Source of the DNA: Escherichia coli
GTDB taxonomy: Bacteria; Pseudomonadota; Gammaproteobacteria; Enterobacterales; Enterobacteriaceae
Reading direction: 5' to 3' (one strand)
Assembly (NCBI RefSeq): GCF_016903815.1
Contig: NZ_CP069973.1
Length of the DNA stretch: 64,000 nucleotides
In this document: positions 29,285-39,656 of the stretch, piece after piece
How positions within the stretch are numbered: position 1 is the stretch's first letter
How the letters are laid out: every line of letters begins with the position of its first letter
Position numbers and translations under genes: made by a program
Notes under the pieces: model-generated
What the model was told of the DNA's origin: nothing
Databases searched by the model: none
The model's input: the letters and a program-made list of their open reading frames with translations, nothing else

Positions 29285-30127
29285 ATGTCTGAAATCACAG
29301 CCCCCCGTCCGGAAGTGGTCAACGGGCATACGGACGTTATCTGCTCAACCAGTATCCGCCACATTCTGGCTGTACGAAAGAGTACACTGCTGCAAATCGA
29401 CACACTTATCCGGCAACTGGCTGAAATATCAGCAATGACAGAAAGTATTGGCGGTAAAGCCGCCCCGGGCTGGGCCATGAAACAGGATTTTCGCTACGGC
29501 TGCTGGCTGATGGAGAAACCGGAAACCGCAATGAAAGCCATCACACGCAATCTCGATCGCGAAATCTGGCGTGACCTGATGCAACGTTCAGGGATGCTTT
29601 CCTTAATGGATGCACAGGCCCGTGATACATGGTACCGGTCACTGGAGTACGATAATTTTCCGGAAATCAGTGAAGCGAACATTCTGATCACATTTGAACA
29701 ACTACACCAGAATAAGGATGAGGTGTTTGAGCGAGGGGTGATCAACGTCTTCAGGGGACTGAGCTGGAATTACAAAACCAATTGCCCCTGCAAATTTGGC
29801 AGTAAAATTATCGTCAACAACCTGGTGAGGTGGGACCGGTGGGGGTTTCATCTTATCACCGGGCAACAGACTGACCGACTCGTCGACCTGGAAAGAATGC
29901 TACATCTGTTCAGCGGCAAACCGATCCCCGACAACCGGGAAAACATCACTATTCGTCTGGATGGTCACATCCAGTCCGTTCAGGGTAAAGAGCGCTATGA
30001 AGACGAGATGTTCATCATTAAATACTTTAAGAAGGGATCTGCACACATCACTTTCAAAAGGCTGGAACTGATTGACAGAATTAACGATATAATAGCCAAG
30101 TACTTTCCTTCTGTGCTCTCAGCCTGA
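29285..30127 (+). CDS. DUF4942-like protein (terminal gene of CP4-type islands)
   Basis: 280-aa ORF. It is the last gene before the tRNA-derived direct repeat, as in related islands. No catalytic motif recognised by eye. Confidence 0.55.
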   Translation: MSEITAPRPEVVNGHTDVICSTSIRHILAVRKSTLLQIDTLIRQLAEISAMTESIGGKAAPGWAMKQDFRYGCWLMEKPETAMKAITRNLDREIWRDLMQRSGMLSLMDAQARDTWYRSLEYDNFPEISEANILITFEQLHQNKDEVFERGVINVFRGLSWNYKTNCPCKFGSKIIVNNLVRWDRWGFHLITGQQTDRLVDLERMLHLFSGKPIPDNRENITIRLDGHIQSVQGKERYEDEMFIIKYFKKGSAHITFKRLELIDRINDIIAKYFPSVLSA

Positions 30128-30237
30128 TCCCGAGTGTGATTCCCTTTCGATATCAAAAGGGACTGCGGGTATAATTGAGGGTACATTTTTAATCAAACCA
30201 AATAAATTATATTAATATCAATATGATAAAAGAAATT

Positions 30238-30259
30238 TTCGATTCCGAGTCCGGCACCA
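30238..30259 (+). repeat. Island-end direct repeat: 3'-terminal 22 nt of tRNA-Phe (pheV/pheU type) lacking one G
   Basis: The sequence is TTCGATTCCGAGTCCGGCACCA, against the canonical tRNA-Phe end TTCGATTCCGAGTCCGGGCACCA. The rest of the tRNA is absent. Confidence 0.85.
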
Positions 30260-30272
30260 CTAATTCTTAAGA

Positions 30273-30296
30273 ACCCGCCCACAAGGCGGGTTTTTG
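30273..30296 (+). terminator. tRNA (pheV) rho-independent terminator
   Basis: CCCGCC-CACAA-GGCGGG followed by TTTTT, 13 nt after the CCA end. Confidence 0.85.
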
Positions 30297-30421
30297 CTTT
30301 TGGATCTTTATATAAAATAAACTTGGGAGCATAACGCCATCAGGTCTTAAACACTCCCGAATCATCAATAAACATCCCCCGTTAACAAAACACAGTTCAG
30401 TTCACATAACATCCCTGTTAT

Positions 30422-30640
30422 CCCACACATATCTGCTGGCCGAACGACGCCAGTGCGCGTACGGAGGCAAGAGCAGCCCTGCACATGGCAGCGCTTGTGG
30501 TAACCTGGTTTAATCCGGTGATAAAGGCGTTTTACATGCATCTGCCAGCAGCCGGAAAAACCAAAAAAGTGGCGCTGGTTGACTGTATGCGTAAATTGCT
30601 GACCATCCTGAACGCAATGCTCAGAAAAAACGAAGAGTGA
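30422..30640 (+). pseudogene. IS110-family transposase C-terminal fragment
   Basis: The plus frame reads ..ALHMAALVVTWFNPVIKAFYMHLPAAGKTKKVALVDCMRKLLTILNAMLRKNEE*, the typical IS110-family C-terminus. No upstream part is present. The minus-strand track ORF 30365..30658 is its antisense artefact. Confidence 0.75.
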
Positions 30641-30660
30641 AATGAATCGTAGCATCATGT

Positions 30661-31450
30661 TGCTCCATAATTTTTACGTTCAAGACAGTTGATTATCGGC
30701 GCATATGACTCAAAAAGAGCCTGATGATTGCCTCTTTTCCATAGGCTCTTTCTCTGAAGTGAAGGAAGGCCCGGAAGAAAGCACTCGCTGGCATACGTGA
30801 CTCCAGCTCAACCGGAGATAATCACCATTGTTATTTTTCTATTTAATAATAATCTCCTGAAAAATAGATATAGCAAAAATACAATCCGGCCAGATTTAAT
30901 TCCGCATTCATTACCAGAAATAATCAACACCACAACTATCATATCATTCAATAGTCACCGCTAAAATTTTATTATTTTCCTCTTCTTTACATGGAAATTG
31001 TCAACCTGTTTATTATGCCGCACTTAAATAGTTAATCACAAAACAACATCACCATTATTTGCGTGTTTTATTTATTAATAACATAGTCATACGTTCTTTT
31101 TTTACAAGGAAATAATCAATTGATAAATTGTTTTTGGTCTTAATAGTCAAGTAGGAAACATTTTAATAAATGATAAAAATCCTAAATTCCTTGTTCATAA
31201 TGTAGGGGTGTGTTAAATAGGTGGGCAAAATTTGGTTCCCCTTCTCGCCTGTAATATTGCAGCATCTTCGCACCTCCATGAGACATTGCGACTTAATAAG
31301 AAGGTGATAAGTCCTGCATATAAGCATGGACTGACCATGGTTTTATATTCATTAAAAATTTTGTTACAACCCATTGATTTAGCATAAATAAATTATAGTG
31401 GGTTCGGGTTAGTTGTGACTGTGGCATTATTTCCGTGCAAAGGAGCTGAT
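30661..31450 (+). promoter_or_regulatory. AT-rich kps region 1 promoter/leader upstream of kpsF
   Basis: ~790 bp of ORF-free, strongly AT-rich DNA directly upstream of kpsF. In characterised group 2 loci this region holds the temperature-regulated region 1 promoter. The exact -10/-35 elements were not assigned. Confidence 0.5.
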
Positions 31451-32434
31451 ATGTCTGAAAGACATTTACCTGATGACCAGAGCAGTACTATCGATCCATA
31501 TCTAATTACCTCTGTTCGCCAGACTCTGGCAGAACAAGGCGCAGCATTACAAAACTTGTCTAAACAACTGGATTCCGGGCAGTACCAGCGTGTCCTTAAT
31601 TTGATAATGAACTGTAAAGGTCACGTTATTCTTTCGGGAATGGGTAAATCAGGGCATGTCGGTCGTAAAATGTCAGCGACGCTGGCCTCTACGGGTACGC
31701 CTAGTTTCTTTATTCATCCTGCAGAAGCTTTCCATGGCGATCTGGGCATGATTACGCCTTACGATCTTCTGATCCTTATTTCTGCCAGCGGTGAAACGGA
31801 TGAAATCCTCAAGCTAGTTCCTTCACTGAAAAATTTCGGCAACCGAATTATCGCCATTACCAATAATGGAAATTCCACGCTGGCGAAAAATGCTGATGCC
31901 GTGCTGGAACTCCACATGGCGAATGAAACCTGCCCGAATAATCTTGCACCAACAACGTCTACCACGCTGACGATGGCGATCGGCGATGCGCTGGCGATTG
32001 CCATGATCCACCAACGCAAATTTATGCCGAATGATTTTGCGCGCTATCACCCGGGCGGTTCATTAGGTCGTCGCCTGCTGACCCGCGTTGCTGATGTCAT
32101 GCAGCATGATGTTCCTGCGGTACAGCTGGATGCGTCATTTAAAACCGTGATTCAACGTATCACCAGCGGATGCCAGGGAATGGTGATGGTAGAAGACGCA
32201 GAAGGTGGGCTAGCGGGCATTATCACCGACGGTGACCTGCGTCGCTTTATGGAAAAAGAGGATTCTCTGACATCCGCCACGGCTGCGCAGATGATGACAC
32301 GTGAACCGCTGACGCTACCGGAAGACACCATGATCATTGAAGCGGAAGAAAAAATGCAAAAGCACCGCGTCTCAACGTTATTGGTGACCAACAAGGCAAA
32401 TAAAGTCACTGGCCTTGTGCGCATTTTCGACTAA
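31451..32434 (+). CDS. kpsF: Arabinose-5-phosphate isomerase KpsF (SIS + tandem CBS)
   Basis: ATG at 31451 preceded by AAGGAG. MSERHLPDDQSS...GMGKSGHVGRKMSATLASTGTPSFF.. followed by a CBS pair. 327 aa. Confidence 0.93.
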   Translation: MSERHLPDDQSSTIDPYLITSVRQTLAEQGAALQNLSKQLDSGQYQRVLNLIMNCKGHVILSGMGKSGHVGRKMSATLASTGTPSFFIHPAEAFHGDLGMITPYDLLILISASGETDEILKLVPSLKNFGNRIIAITNNGNSTLAKNADAVLELHMANETCPNNLAPTTSTTLTMAIGDALAIAMIHQRKFMPNDFARYHPGGSLGRRLLTRVADVMQHDVPAVQLDASFKTVIQRITSGCQGMVMVEDAEGGLAGIITDGDLRRFMEKEDSLTSATAAQMMTREPLTLPEDTMIIEAEEKMQKHRVSTLLVTNKANKVTGLVRIFD

Positions 32435-32505
32435 TTAAGCAACGGGGTGCGAGAGGTTAGTCTCTCATTGAGTTTGCGCCCCACTGAAACTTTGATAATC
32501 GTTAC

Positions 32506-33654
32506 ATGTTGATAAAAGTGAAGTCTGCCGTATCCTGGATGCGTGCTCGTCTGTCTGCCATCTCACTGGCAGATATCCAAAAACACCTGGCGAAAATCAT
32601 CATTCTGGCACCGATGGCGGTGCTGCTGATCTATCTGGCTATCTTCAGCCAGCCTCGCTATATGAGCGAGTCGAAAGTCGCCATTAAACGCTCGGATGAT
32701 TTAAACAGCGGCAGCCTGAATTTTGGTCTGCTTCTGGGTGCCTCTAACCCCAGTTCCGCAGAAGATGCGTTGTATCTGAAAGAGTACATCAACTCGCCGG
32801 ATATGCTGGCGGCGCTGGATAAGCAACTAAATTTTCGTGAAGCGTTTAGCCACAGCGGGCTCGATTTTCTTAATCATCTTAGCAAGGATGAAACCGCAGA
32901 AGGCTTCCTGAAGTACTACAAGGACCGTATCAACGTCTCGTATGACGATAAAACCGGATTACTGAATATTCAGACGCAGGGCTTTAGCCCGGAATTTGCG
33001 CTTAAGTTTAACCAGACCGTGCTGAAAGAGTCAGAGCGCTTTATCAATGAGATGTCACATCGCATCGCGCGTGACCAGCTTGCCTTTGCAGAAACGGAGA
33101 TGGAAAAGGCACGCCAGCGTCTGGACGCCAGCAAAGCGGAATTGCTCTCTTATCAAGACAACAACAACGTTCTGGATCCACAGGCACAGGCACAGGCGGC
33201 GAGCACGTTAGTGAATACGCTGATGGGCCAGAAGATCCAGATGGAAGCGGATCTGCGTAACTTGCTGACGTATCTGCGTGAGGACGCCCCGCAAGTAGTG
33301 AGTGCGCGTAATGCGATTCAGTCATTGCAGGCACAAATCGATGAAGAACAAAGCAAAATCACAGCGCCGCAGGGTGACAAGCTAAACCGTATGGCGGTGG
33401 ATTTTGAAGAAATCAAATCAAAAGTAGAGTTCAACACCGAGCTGTACAAACTGACCCTGACCTCCATTGAAAAGACCCGTGTAGAAGCGGCTCGTAAGCT
33501 CAAGGTGCTGTCAGTGATCAGTTCGCCACAGTTGCCGCAGGAATCGTCTTTTCCAAATATCCCTTATTTGATCGCCTGCTGGTTACTGGTGTGCTGCCTG
33601 CTGTTCGGCACCCTGAAACTGTTGCTGGCTGTTATTGAAGATCACCGAGACTAA
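32506..33654 (+). CDS. kpsE: Capsule export inner-membrane protein KpsE (PCP-3 family)
   Basis: 382-aa ORF with N- and C-terminal hydrophobic anchors flanking a long coiled periplasmic region. Position after kpsF. Confidence 0.9.
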   Translation: MLIKVKSAVSWMRARLSAISLADIQKHLAKIIILAPMAVLLIYLAIFSQPRYMSESKVAIKRSDDLNSGSLNFGLLLGASNPSSAEDALYLKEYINSPDMLAALDKQLNFREAFSHSGLDFLNHLSKDETAEGFLKYYKDRINVSYDDKTGLLNIQTQGFSPEFALKFNQTVLKESERFINEMSHRIARDQLAFAETEMEKARQRLDASKAELLSYQDNNNVLDPQAQAQAASTLVNTLMGQKIQMEADLRNLLTYLREDAPQVVSARNAIQSLQAQIDEEQSKITAPQGDKLNRMAVDFEEIKSKVEFNTELYKLTLTSIEKTRVEAARKLKVLSVISSPQLPQESSFPNIPYLIACWLLVCCLLFGTLKLLLAVIEDHRD

Positions 33655-33677
33655 CGCTGTCGCTGAATGAGTTTGTG

Positions 33678-35354
33678 ATGAAATTATTTAAATCAATTTT
33701 ACTGATTGCCGCCTGTCACGCGGCGCAGGCCAGCGCGGCCATTGATATTAACGCTGACCCAAACCTTACAGGAGCCGCGCCGCTTACCGGTATTCTGAAC
33801 GGGCAACAGTCGGATACGCAAAACATGAGCGGCTTCGACAATACCCCGCCGCCCGCACCGCCGGTGGTAATGAGCCGTATGTTTGGTGCTCAACTTTTCA
33901 ACGGCACCAGCGCGGATAGCGGTGCGACGGTAGGATTCAACCCTGACTATATTCTGAATCCGGGTGATAGCATTCAGGTTCGCTTGTGGGGTGCGTTCAC
34001 CTTTGATGGTGCGTTACAGGTTGATCCCAAAGGTAATATTTTCCTGCCGAACGTTGGTCCGGTGAAAGTTGCTGGCGTCAGTAATAGTCAGCTAAATGCC
34101 CTGGTCACATCCAAAGTGAAGGAAGTATACCAGTCCAACGTCAACGTCTACGCCTCCTTATTACAGGCGCAGCCAGTAAAAGTGTACGTGACCGGATTTG
34201 TGCGTAATCCTGGTCTGTATGGCGGTGTGACGTCTGATTCGTTACTCAATTATCTGATCAAGGCTGGCGGCGTTGATCCAGAGCGCGGAAGTTACGTTGA
34301 TATTGTGGTCAAGCGCGGTAACCGCGTGCGCTCCAACGTCAACCTGTACGACTTCCTGCTGAACGGCAAACTGGGGCTTTCGCAGTTCGCCGATGGTGAC
34401 ACCATCATCGTCGGGCCGCGTCAGCATACTTTCAGCGTTCAGGGCGATGTCTTTAACAGCTACGACTTTGAGTTCCGCGAAAGCAGCATTCCCGTAACGG
34501 AAGCTTTGAGCTGGGCGCGCCCTAAGCCTGGCGCGACTCACATTACGATTATGCGTAAACAGGGGCTACAAAAACGCAGCGAATACTATCCGATCAGTTC
34601 TGCGCCAGGCCGTATGTTGCAAAATGGCGATACCTTAATCGTGAGCACTGACCGCTATGCCGGCACCATTCAGGTGCGGGTTGAAGGCGCACACTCCGGT
34701 GAACATGCCATGGTACTGCCTTATGGTTCCACTATGCGTGCGGTTCTGGAAAAAGTCCGCCCGAACAGCATGTCGCAGATGAACGCGGTTCAGCTTTATC
34801 GCCCATCAGTGGCTCAGCGTCAGAAAGAGATGCTGAATCTCTCGCTGCAAAAGCTGGAGGAAGCCTCACTTTCTGCCCAGTCATCCACCAAAGAAGAAGC
34901 CAGCCTGCGAATGCAGGAAGCACAACTGATCAGCCGCTTTGTGGCGAAAGCACGCACCGTGGTTCCGAAAGGTGAAGTGATCCTCAACGAATCCAATATT
35001 GATTCTGTTCTGCTTGAAGATGGCGACGTCATCAATATTCCGGAGAAAACATCGCTGGTTATGGTTCATGGCGAAGTGCTGTTCCCGAACGCGGTGAGCT
35101 GGCAGAAGGGTATGACCACCGAGGATTACATCGAGAAATGTGGTGGCCTGACGCAAAAATCGGGTAACGCCAGAATTATCGTCATTCGTCAGAACGGTGC
35201 TGCCGTCAACGCGGAAGACGTGGATTCACTCAAGCCGGGCGATGAGATTATGGTTCTACCGAAATATGAATCGAAAAATATTGAAGTTACCCGTGGTATT
35301 TCCACCATCCTCTATCAGCTGGCGGTGGGTGCAAAAGTGATTCTGTCTTTGTAA
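33678..35354 (+). CDS. kpsD: Capsule export protein KpsD (OPX/Wza-like)
   Basis: MKLFKSILLIAACHAAQASA signal peptide. 558 aa from the ATG at 33678. Confidence 0.9.
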   Translation: MKLFKSILLIAACHAAQASAAIDINADPNLTGAAPLTGILNGQQSDTQNMSGFDNTPPPAPPVVMSRMFGAQLFNGTSADSGATVGFNPDYILNPGDSIQVRLWGAFTFDGALQVDPKGNIFLPNVGPVKVAGVSNSQLNALVTSKVKEVYQSNVNVYASLLQAQPVKVYVTGFVRNPGLYGGVTSDSLLNYLIKAGGVDPERGSYVDIVVKRGNRVRSNVNLYDFLLNGKLGLSQFADGDTIIVGPRQHTFSVQGDVFNSYDFEFRESSIPVTEALSWARPKPGATHITIMRKQGLQKRSEYYPISSAPGRMLQNGDTLIVSTDRYAGTIQVRVEGAHSGEHAMVLPYGSTMRAVLEKVRPNSMSQMNAVQLYRPSVAQRQKEMLNLSLQKLEEASLSAQSSTKEEASLRMQEAQLISRFVAKARTVVPKGEVILNESNIDSVLLEDGDVINIPEKTSLVMVHGEVLFPNAVSWQKGMTTEDYIEKCGGLTQKSGNARIIVIRQNGAAVNAEDVDSLKPGDEIMVLPKYESKNIEVTRGISTILYQLAVGAKVILSL

Positions 35355-35363
35355 GGAGTTGAA

Positions 35364-36104
35364 ATGAGCAAAGCTGTTATTGTCATCCCGGCTCGTTATG
35401 GCTCATCGCGTCTGCCGGGTAAGCCGCTACTCGATATTGTCGGCAAACCGATGATCCAGCATGTTTACGAGCGTGCGTTACAGGTGGCGGGCGTCGCAGA
35501 AGTTTGGGTGGCAACAGACGATCAGCGTGTTGAAAAGGCCGTGCAGGCATTTGGCGGGAAAGCCATTATGACGCGCAACGATCATGAATCCGGCACCGAT
35601 CGGCTGGTCGAGGTGATGCATAAAGTCGAGGCAGATATCTACATTAACCTGCAGGGCGACGAACCAATGATTCGCCCGCGGGATGTAGAAACGCTGCTAC
35701 AAGGAATGCGTGATGATCCTGCGTTGCCAGTGGCAACGCTATGCCACGCGATTTCTGCCGAAGAAGCGGCTGAGCCAAGCACGGTAAAAGTGGTGGTAAA
35801 TACCCGCCAGGATGCGCTTTATTTCAGCCGTTCGCCTATTCCGTATCCGCGTAATGCTGAAAAAGCGCGCTACCTGAAACACGTTGGTATTTACGCTTAT
35901 CGTCGCGATGTGCTGCAAAACTACAGCCAGTTACCGGAGTCCATGCCGGAGCAGGCGGAATCACTGGAGCAGCTGCGGTTGATGAGCGCGGGGATCAACA
36001 TCCGCACATTTGAGGTTGCCGCAACCGGTCCGGGCGTCGACACCCCAGCATGCCTGGAAAAAGTGCGCGCCCTGATGGCACAGGAACTGGCTGAAAACGC
36101 ATGA
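35364..36104 (+). CDS. kpsU: CMP-Kdo synthetase KpsU (KdsB paralogue)
   Basis: 246 aa; [17 protein letters not shown]... and NLQGDEP motifs. Confidence 0.92.
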   Translation: MSKAVIVIPARYGSSRLPGKPLLDIVGKPMIQHVYERALQVAGVAEVWVATDDQRVEKAVQAFGGKAIMTRNDHESGTDRLVEVMHKVEADIYINLQGDEPMIRPRDVETLLQGMRDDPALPVATLCHAISAEEAAEPSTVKVVVNTRQDALYFSRSPIPYPRNAEKARYLKHVGIYAYRRDVLQNYSQLPESMPEQAESLEQLRLMSAGINIRTFEVAATGPGVDTPACLEKVRALMAQELAENA

Positions 36105-38128
36105 TTGGCATTTACTCGCCTGGCATCTGGCGTATTCCGCATCTGGAGAAATTTCTGGCGCAACCGTGCCAGAAACTTTCTCTGCTGCGCCCTGTTCCGC
36201 AAGAAGTTGATGCTATCGCCGTGTGGGGACATCGTCCCAGCGCGGCGAAACCAGTCGCCATCGCCAAAGCAGCGGGAAAACCCGTCATTCGTCTGGAAGA
36301 TGGATTTGTGCGTTCGCTGGATCTTGGCGTCAATGGCGAGCCGCCGCTTTCTCTGGTGGTGGATGATTGTGGCATTTACTACGATGCCAGCAAGCCTTCA
36401 GCACTGGAGAAACTGGTACAGGATAAAGCCGGAAATACAGCTCTGATAAGCCAGGCCAGAGAAGCGATGCACACCATCGTGACCGGGGATTTGTCGAAAT
36501 ATAACCTGGCACCTGCGTTTGTGGCTGATGAGTCAGAACGTTCAGACATCGTTCTGGTTGTCGATCAGACATTTAATGATATGTCAGTGACGTATGGCAA
36601 TGCTGGCCCGCATGAGTTTGCTGCCATGCTGGAAGCCGCGATGGCGGAAAATCCTCAAGCCGAAATTTGGGTGAAGGTGCATCCGGATGTCCTGGAAGGA
36701 AAGAAAACAGGTTATTTCGCTGATCTGTGCGCCACGCAACGAGTACGTTTGATTGCCGAGAATGTCAGCCCGCAGTCGCTGTTGCGACACGTTTCCCGGG
36801 TTTACGTCGTGACCTCCCAATATGGCTTTGAAGCCTTGCTGGCAGGAAAACCAGTAACATGCTTCGGCCAGCCCTGGTATGCAGGTTGGGGCTTAACCGA
36901 CGATCGTCATCCACAGTCCGCTTTGTTATCTGCCCGACGCGGTTCTGCCACGCTGGAGGAACTTTTTGCCGCTGCATACCTGCGTTACTGTCGCTATATC
37001 GATCTGCAAACGGGAGAAGTAAGCGATCTATTTACCGTGCTGCAATGGCTGCAATTACAACGTCGACATCTGCAACAGCGTAATGGTTATTTATGGGCGC
37101 CAGGCTTAACGCTGTGGAAGTCAGCGATCCTGAAACCTTTCTTGCAAACGGCAACAAACCGGCTGAGTTTTTCACGTCGTTGTACTGCGGCGAGCGCCTG
37201 CGTGGTATGGGGTGTAAAGGGAGAACAGCAATGGCGAGCCGAAGCGCAACGAAAATCACTGCCGTTATGGCGAATGGAAGATGGTTTTCTGCGTTCATCC
37301 GGACTTGGCTCTGACCTTTTGCCGCCGCTATCGTTGGTCCTGGATAAACGCGGGATCTACTATGACGCCACGCGCCCCAGCGACCTGGAAGTGCTGCTTA
37401 ATCACAGCCAGTTAACACTGGCGCAGCAGATGCGAGCTGAGAAGTTGCGGCAACGGGTGGTTGAAAGCAAACTGAGCAAATACAACCTGGGGGCCGATTT
37501 CTCTCTGCCTGCCGAAGCCCAAGATAAAAAAATCATCCTGGTGCCGGGTCAGGTAGAAGACGATGCCTCTATTAAAACAGGCACTGTCTCGATTAAGAGC
37601 AACCTTGAGTTATTACGCACAGTACGCGAGCGTAATCCGCACGCCTACATTGTTTATAAACCGCACCCGGATGTACTGGTGGGGAATCGCAAGGGCGATA
37701 TTCCGGCAGAACAGATTGCTGAACTTGCTGATTATCAGGCACTGGACGCCGATATTATTCAATGCATTCAGCGCGCAGATGAAGTGCATACCATGACGTC
37801 GCTGTCGGGGTTTGAAGCGTTATTACATGGCAAGCACGTACATTGTTACGGCCTGCCCTTCTATGCCGGTTGGGGTTTAACCGCTGATGAACATCGCTGC
37901 CCGCGTCGCGAGCGAAAATTAACGTTAGCGGATTTGATCTATCAGGCGCTGATTGTTTATCCAACCTATATCCACCCAACACGGCTACAACCTATTACGG
38001 TAGAAGAAGCTGCGGAATATTTAATCAAGACGCCGCGCAAGCCGATGTTTATTACCCGAAAAAAAGCGGGGCGAGTCATACGCTATTACCGCAAATTAAT
38101 TATGTTCTGCAAGGTCAGATTTGGCTAA
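36101..38128 (+). CDS. kpsC: Capsule linker beta-Kdo transferase KpsC (duplicated domain)
   Basis: 675 aa. The two halves each carry the same signature ([14 protein letters not shown] and [22 protein letters not shown] and MEDGFLRS). Confidence 0.92.
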   Translation: MIGIYSPGIWRIPHLEKFLAQPCQKLSLLRPVPQEVDAIAVWGHRPSAAKPVAIAKAAGKPVIRLEDGFVRSLDLGVNGEPPLSLVVDDCGIYYDASKPSALEKLVQDKAGNTALISQAREAMHTIVTGDLSKYNLAPAFVADESERSDIVLVVDQTFNDMSVTYGNAGPHEFAAMLEAAMAENPQAEIWVKVHPDVLEGKKTGYFADLCATQRVRLIAENVSPQSLLRHVSRVYVVTSQYGFEALLAGKPVTCFGQPWYAGWGLTDDRHPQSALLSARRGSATLEELFAAAYLRYCRYIDLQTGEVSDLFTVLQWLQLQRRHLQQRNGYLWAPGLTLWKSAILKPFLQTATNRLSFSRRCTAASACVVWGVKGEQQWRAEAQRKSLPLWRMEDGFLRSSGLGSDLLPPLSLVLDKRGIYYDATRPSDLEVLLNHSQLTLAQQMRAEKLRQRVVESKLSKYNLGADFSLPAEAQDKKIILVPGQVEDDASIKTGTVSIKSNLELLRTVRERNPHAYIVYKPHPDVLVGNRKGDIPAEQIAELADYQALDADIIQCIQRADEVHTMTSLSGFEALLHGKHVHCYGLPFYAGWGLTADEHRCPRRERKLTLADLIYQALIVYPTYIHPTRLQPITVEEAAEYLIKTPRKPMFITRKKAGRVIRYYRKLIMFCKVRFG

Positions 38129-38162
38129 ACAATTTCATGGTTGACTATTACGCAAATTATTT

Positions 38163-39395
38163 ATGCAAGACAACGCACTAACCATTTTATTATCGGGTAA
38201 AAAATATCTGCTATTGCAGGGACCGATGGGACCTTTTTTCAATGACGTCGCCGAATGGTTAGAGTCATTAGGCCGTAACGCTGTGAATGTTGTCTTCAAC
38301 GGCGGGGATCGTTTTTACTGCCGCCATCGACAATACCTGGCTTACTACCAAACGCCGAAAGAGTTTCCCGGTTGGCTGCGAGATCTCCAACGACAATATG
38401 ACTTTGATACCATCCTCTGTTTTGGTGACTGCCGCCCATTGCACAAAGAAGCAAAACGCTGGGCAAAGTCGAAAGGGATCCGCTTTCTGGCATTTGAAGA
38501 AGGATATTTACGCCCGCAATTTATAACCGTTGAAGAAGGCGGAGTGAACGCATATTCATCGCTACCGCGCGATCCGGATTTTTATCGTAAGTTGCCAGAT
38601 ATGCCTGCGCCGCACGTTGAGAACTTAAAACCTTCAACGATGAAACGTATAGGTCATGCGATGTGGTATTACCTGATGGGCTGGCATTACCGTCATGAGT
38701 TCCCTCGCTACCGCCACCACAAATCATTTTCCCCCTGGTATGAGGCTCGTTGCTGGGTTCGTGCATACTGGCGCAAACAACTTTACAAGGTAACACAGCG
38801 TAAGGTATTACCGAGGTTAATGAACGAGTTGGATCAACGTTATTATCTTGCCGTTTTGCAGGTATATAACGATAGCCAGATTCGTAACCACAGCAGTTAT
38901 AACGATGTACGTGACTATATTAATGAAGTCATGTACTCATTTTCGCGTAAAGCGCCGAAAGAAAGTTATTTGGTGATCAAACATCATCCGATGGATCGTG
39001 GTCACAGACTCTATCGACCATTAATTAAGCGGTTAAGTAAGGAATATGGCTTAGGTGAGCGAGTCATATACGTGCACGATCTCCCAATGCCGGAATTATT
39101 ACGCCACGCAAAAGCAGTAGTGACAATTAACAGTACGGCAGGGATCTCTGCGCTGATTCATAACAAACCACTCAAAGTGATGGGCAATGCCCTGTACGAC
39201 ATCAAGGGATTGACGTATCAAGGGCATTTGCACCAGTTCTGGCAGGCCGATTTTAAACCGGATATGAAACTGTTTAAGAAGTTTCGGGGGTATTTATTGG
39301 TGAAGACGCAGGTTAATGGGGTTTATTATGGGGAGATGGTTTTTAACAAGATAAAACTGGATGAATATTTTCAGAGCGTGTCGTGTCAAGTATGA
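38163..39395 (+). CDS. kpsS: Capsule linker beta-Kdo transferase KpsS
   Basis: 410 aa, same family as the KpsC halves (..FEEGYLRP.., ..TINSTAGISALIHNKPLKVMGNALYD..). Last gene of region 1. Confidence 0.9.
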   Translation: MQDNALTILLSGKKYLLLQGPMGPFFNDVAEWLESLGRNAVNVVFNGGDRFYCRHRQYLAYYQTPKEFPGWLRDLQRQYDFDTILCFGDCRPLHKEAKRWAKSKGIRFLAFEEGYLRPQFITVEEGGVNAYSSLPRDPDFYRKLPDMPAPHVENLKPSTMKRIGHAMWYYLMGWHYRHEFPRYRHHKSFSPWYEARCWVRAYWRKQLYKVTQRKVLPRLMNELDQRYYLAVLQVYNDSQIRNHSSYNDVRDYINEVMYSFSRKAPKESYLVIKHHPMDRGHRLYRPLIKRLSKEYGLGERVIYVHDLPMPELLRHAKAVVTINSTAGISALIHNKPLKVMGNALYDIKGLTYQGHLHQFWQADFKPDMKLFKKFRGYLLVKTQVNGVYYGEMVFNKIKLDEYFQSVSCQV

Positions 39396-39425
39396 AATAT
39401 AATAATAAACAACACAAAACAATTA

Positions 39426-39445
39426 TTAAAATGATGCCATTTTAA
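39426..39445. terminator. Weak AT-rich hairpin between convergent kpsS and region 2
   Basis: TTAAAATG-ATGC-CATTTTAA palindrome. Confidence 0.25.
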
Positions 39446-39656
39446 TGTTACAAATATAAACAACACCCATCCACAAGCCAAGTTAAAAATCCAAGATATA
39501 ATTTTGTTATTATCTATAAATAATACAAGTATAATCTATACGCTAATCAATTATTTTTGTAGAAAATTTATTTTATTAGTATTTACACGAAAATATGACG
39601 AAGTTATTAGCATTACACATTTATAATCATCAAATATGAAAATATTGTTACTATCA

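Noticed and set aside
30238-30259. An intact tRNA-Phe gene
   Set aside because: Only the last 22 nt (T-arm 3' half, acceptor 3' strand, CCA) are present. The upstream sequence is unrelated AT-rich DNA.
3978-30640. The two plus-strand IS110-family fragments (3978..4172 and 30422..30640) as halves of one IS copy split by a 26-kb insertion
   Set aside because: About 110 codons of transposase would still be missing between them. The tRNA-derived repeat and its terminator lie between the fragments, and no matching IS ends are visible. They are more likely independent remnants.
30365-30658. A 97-aa minus-strand ORF upstream of the kps locus
   Set aside because: The plus strand encodes a recognisable IS110-family transposase C-terminus, so the minus ORF is its antisense shadow.
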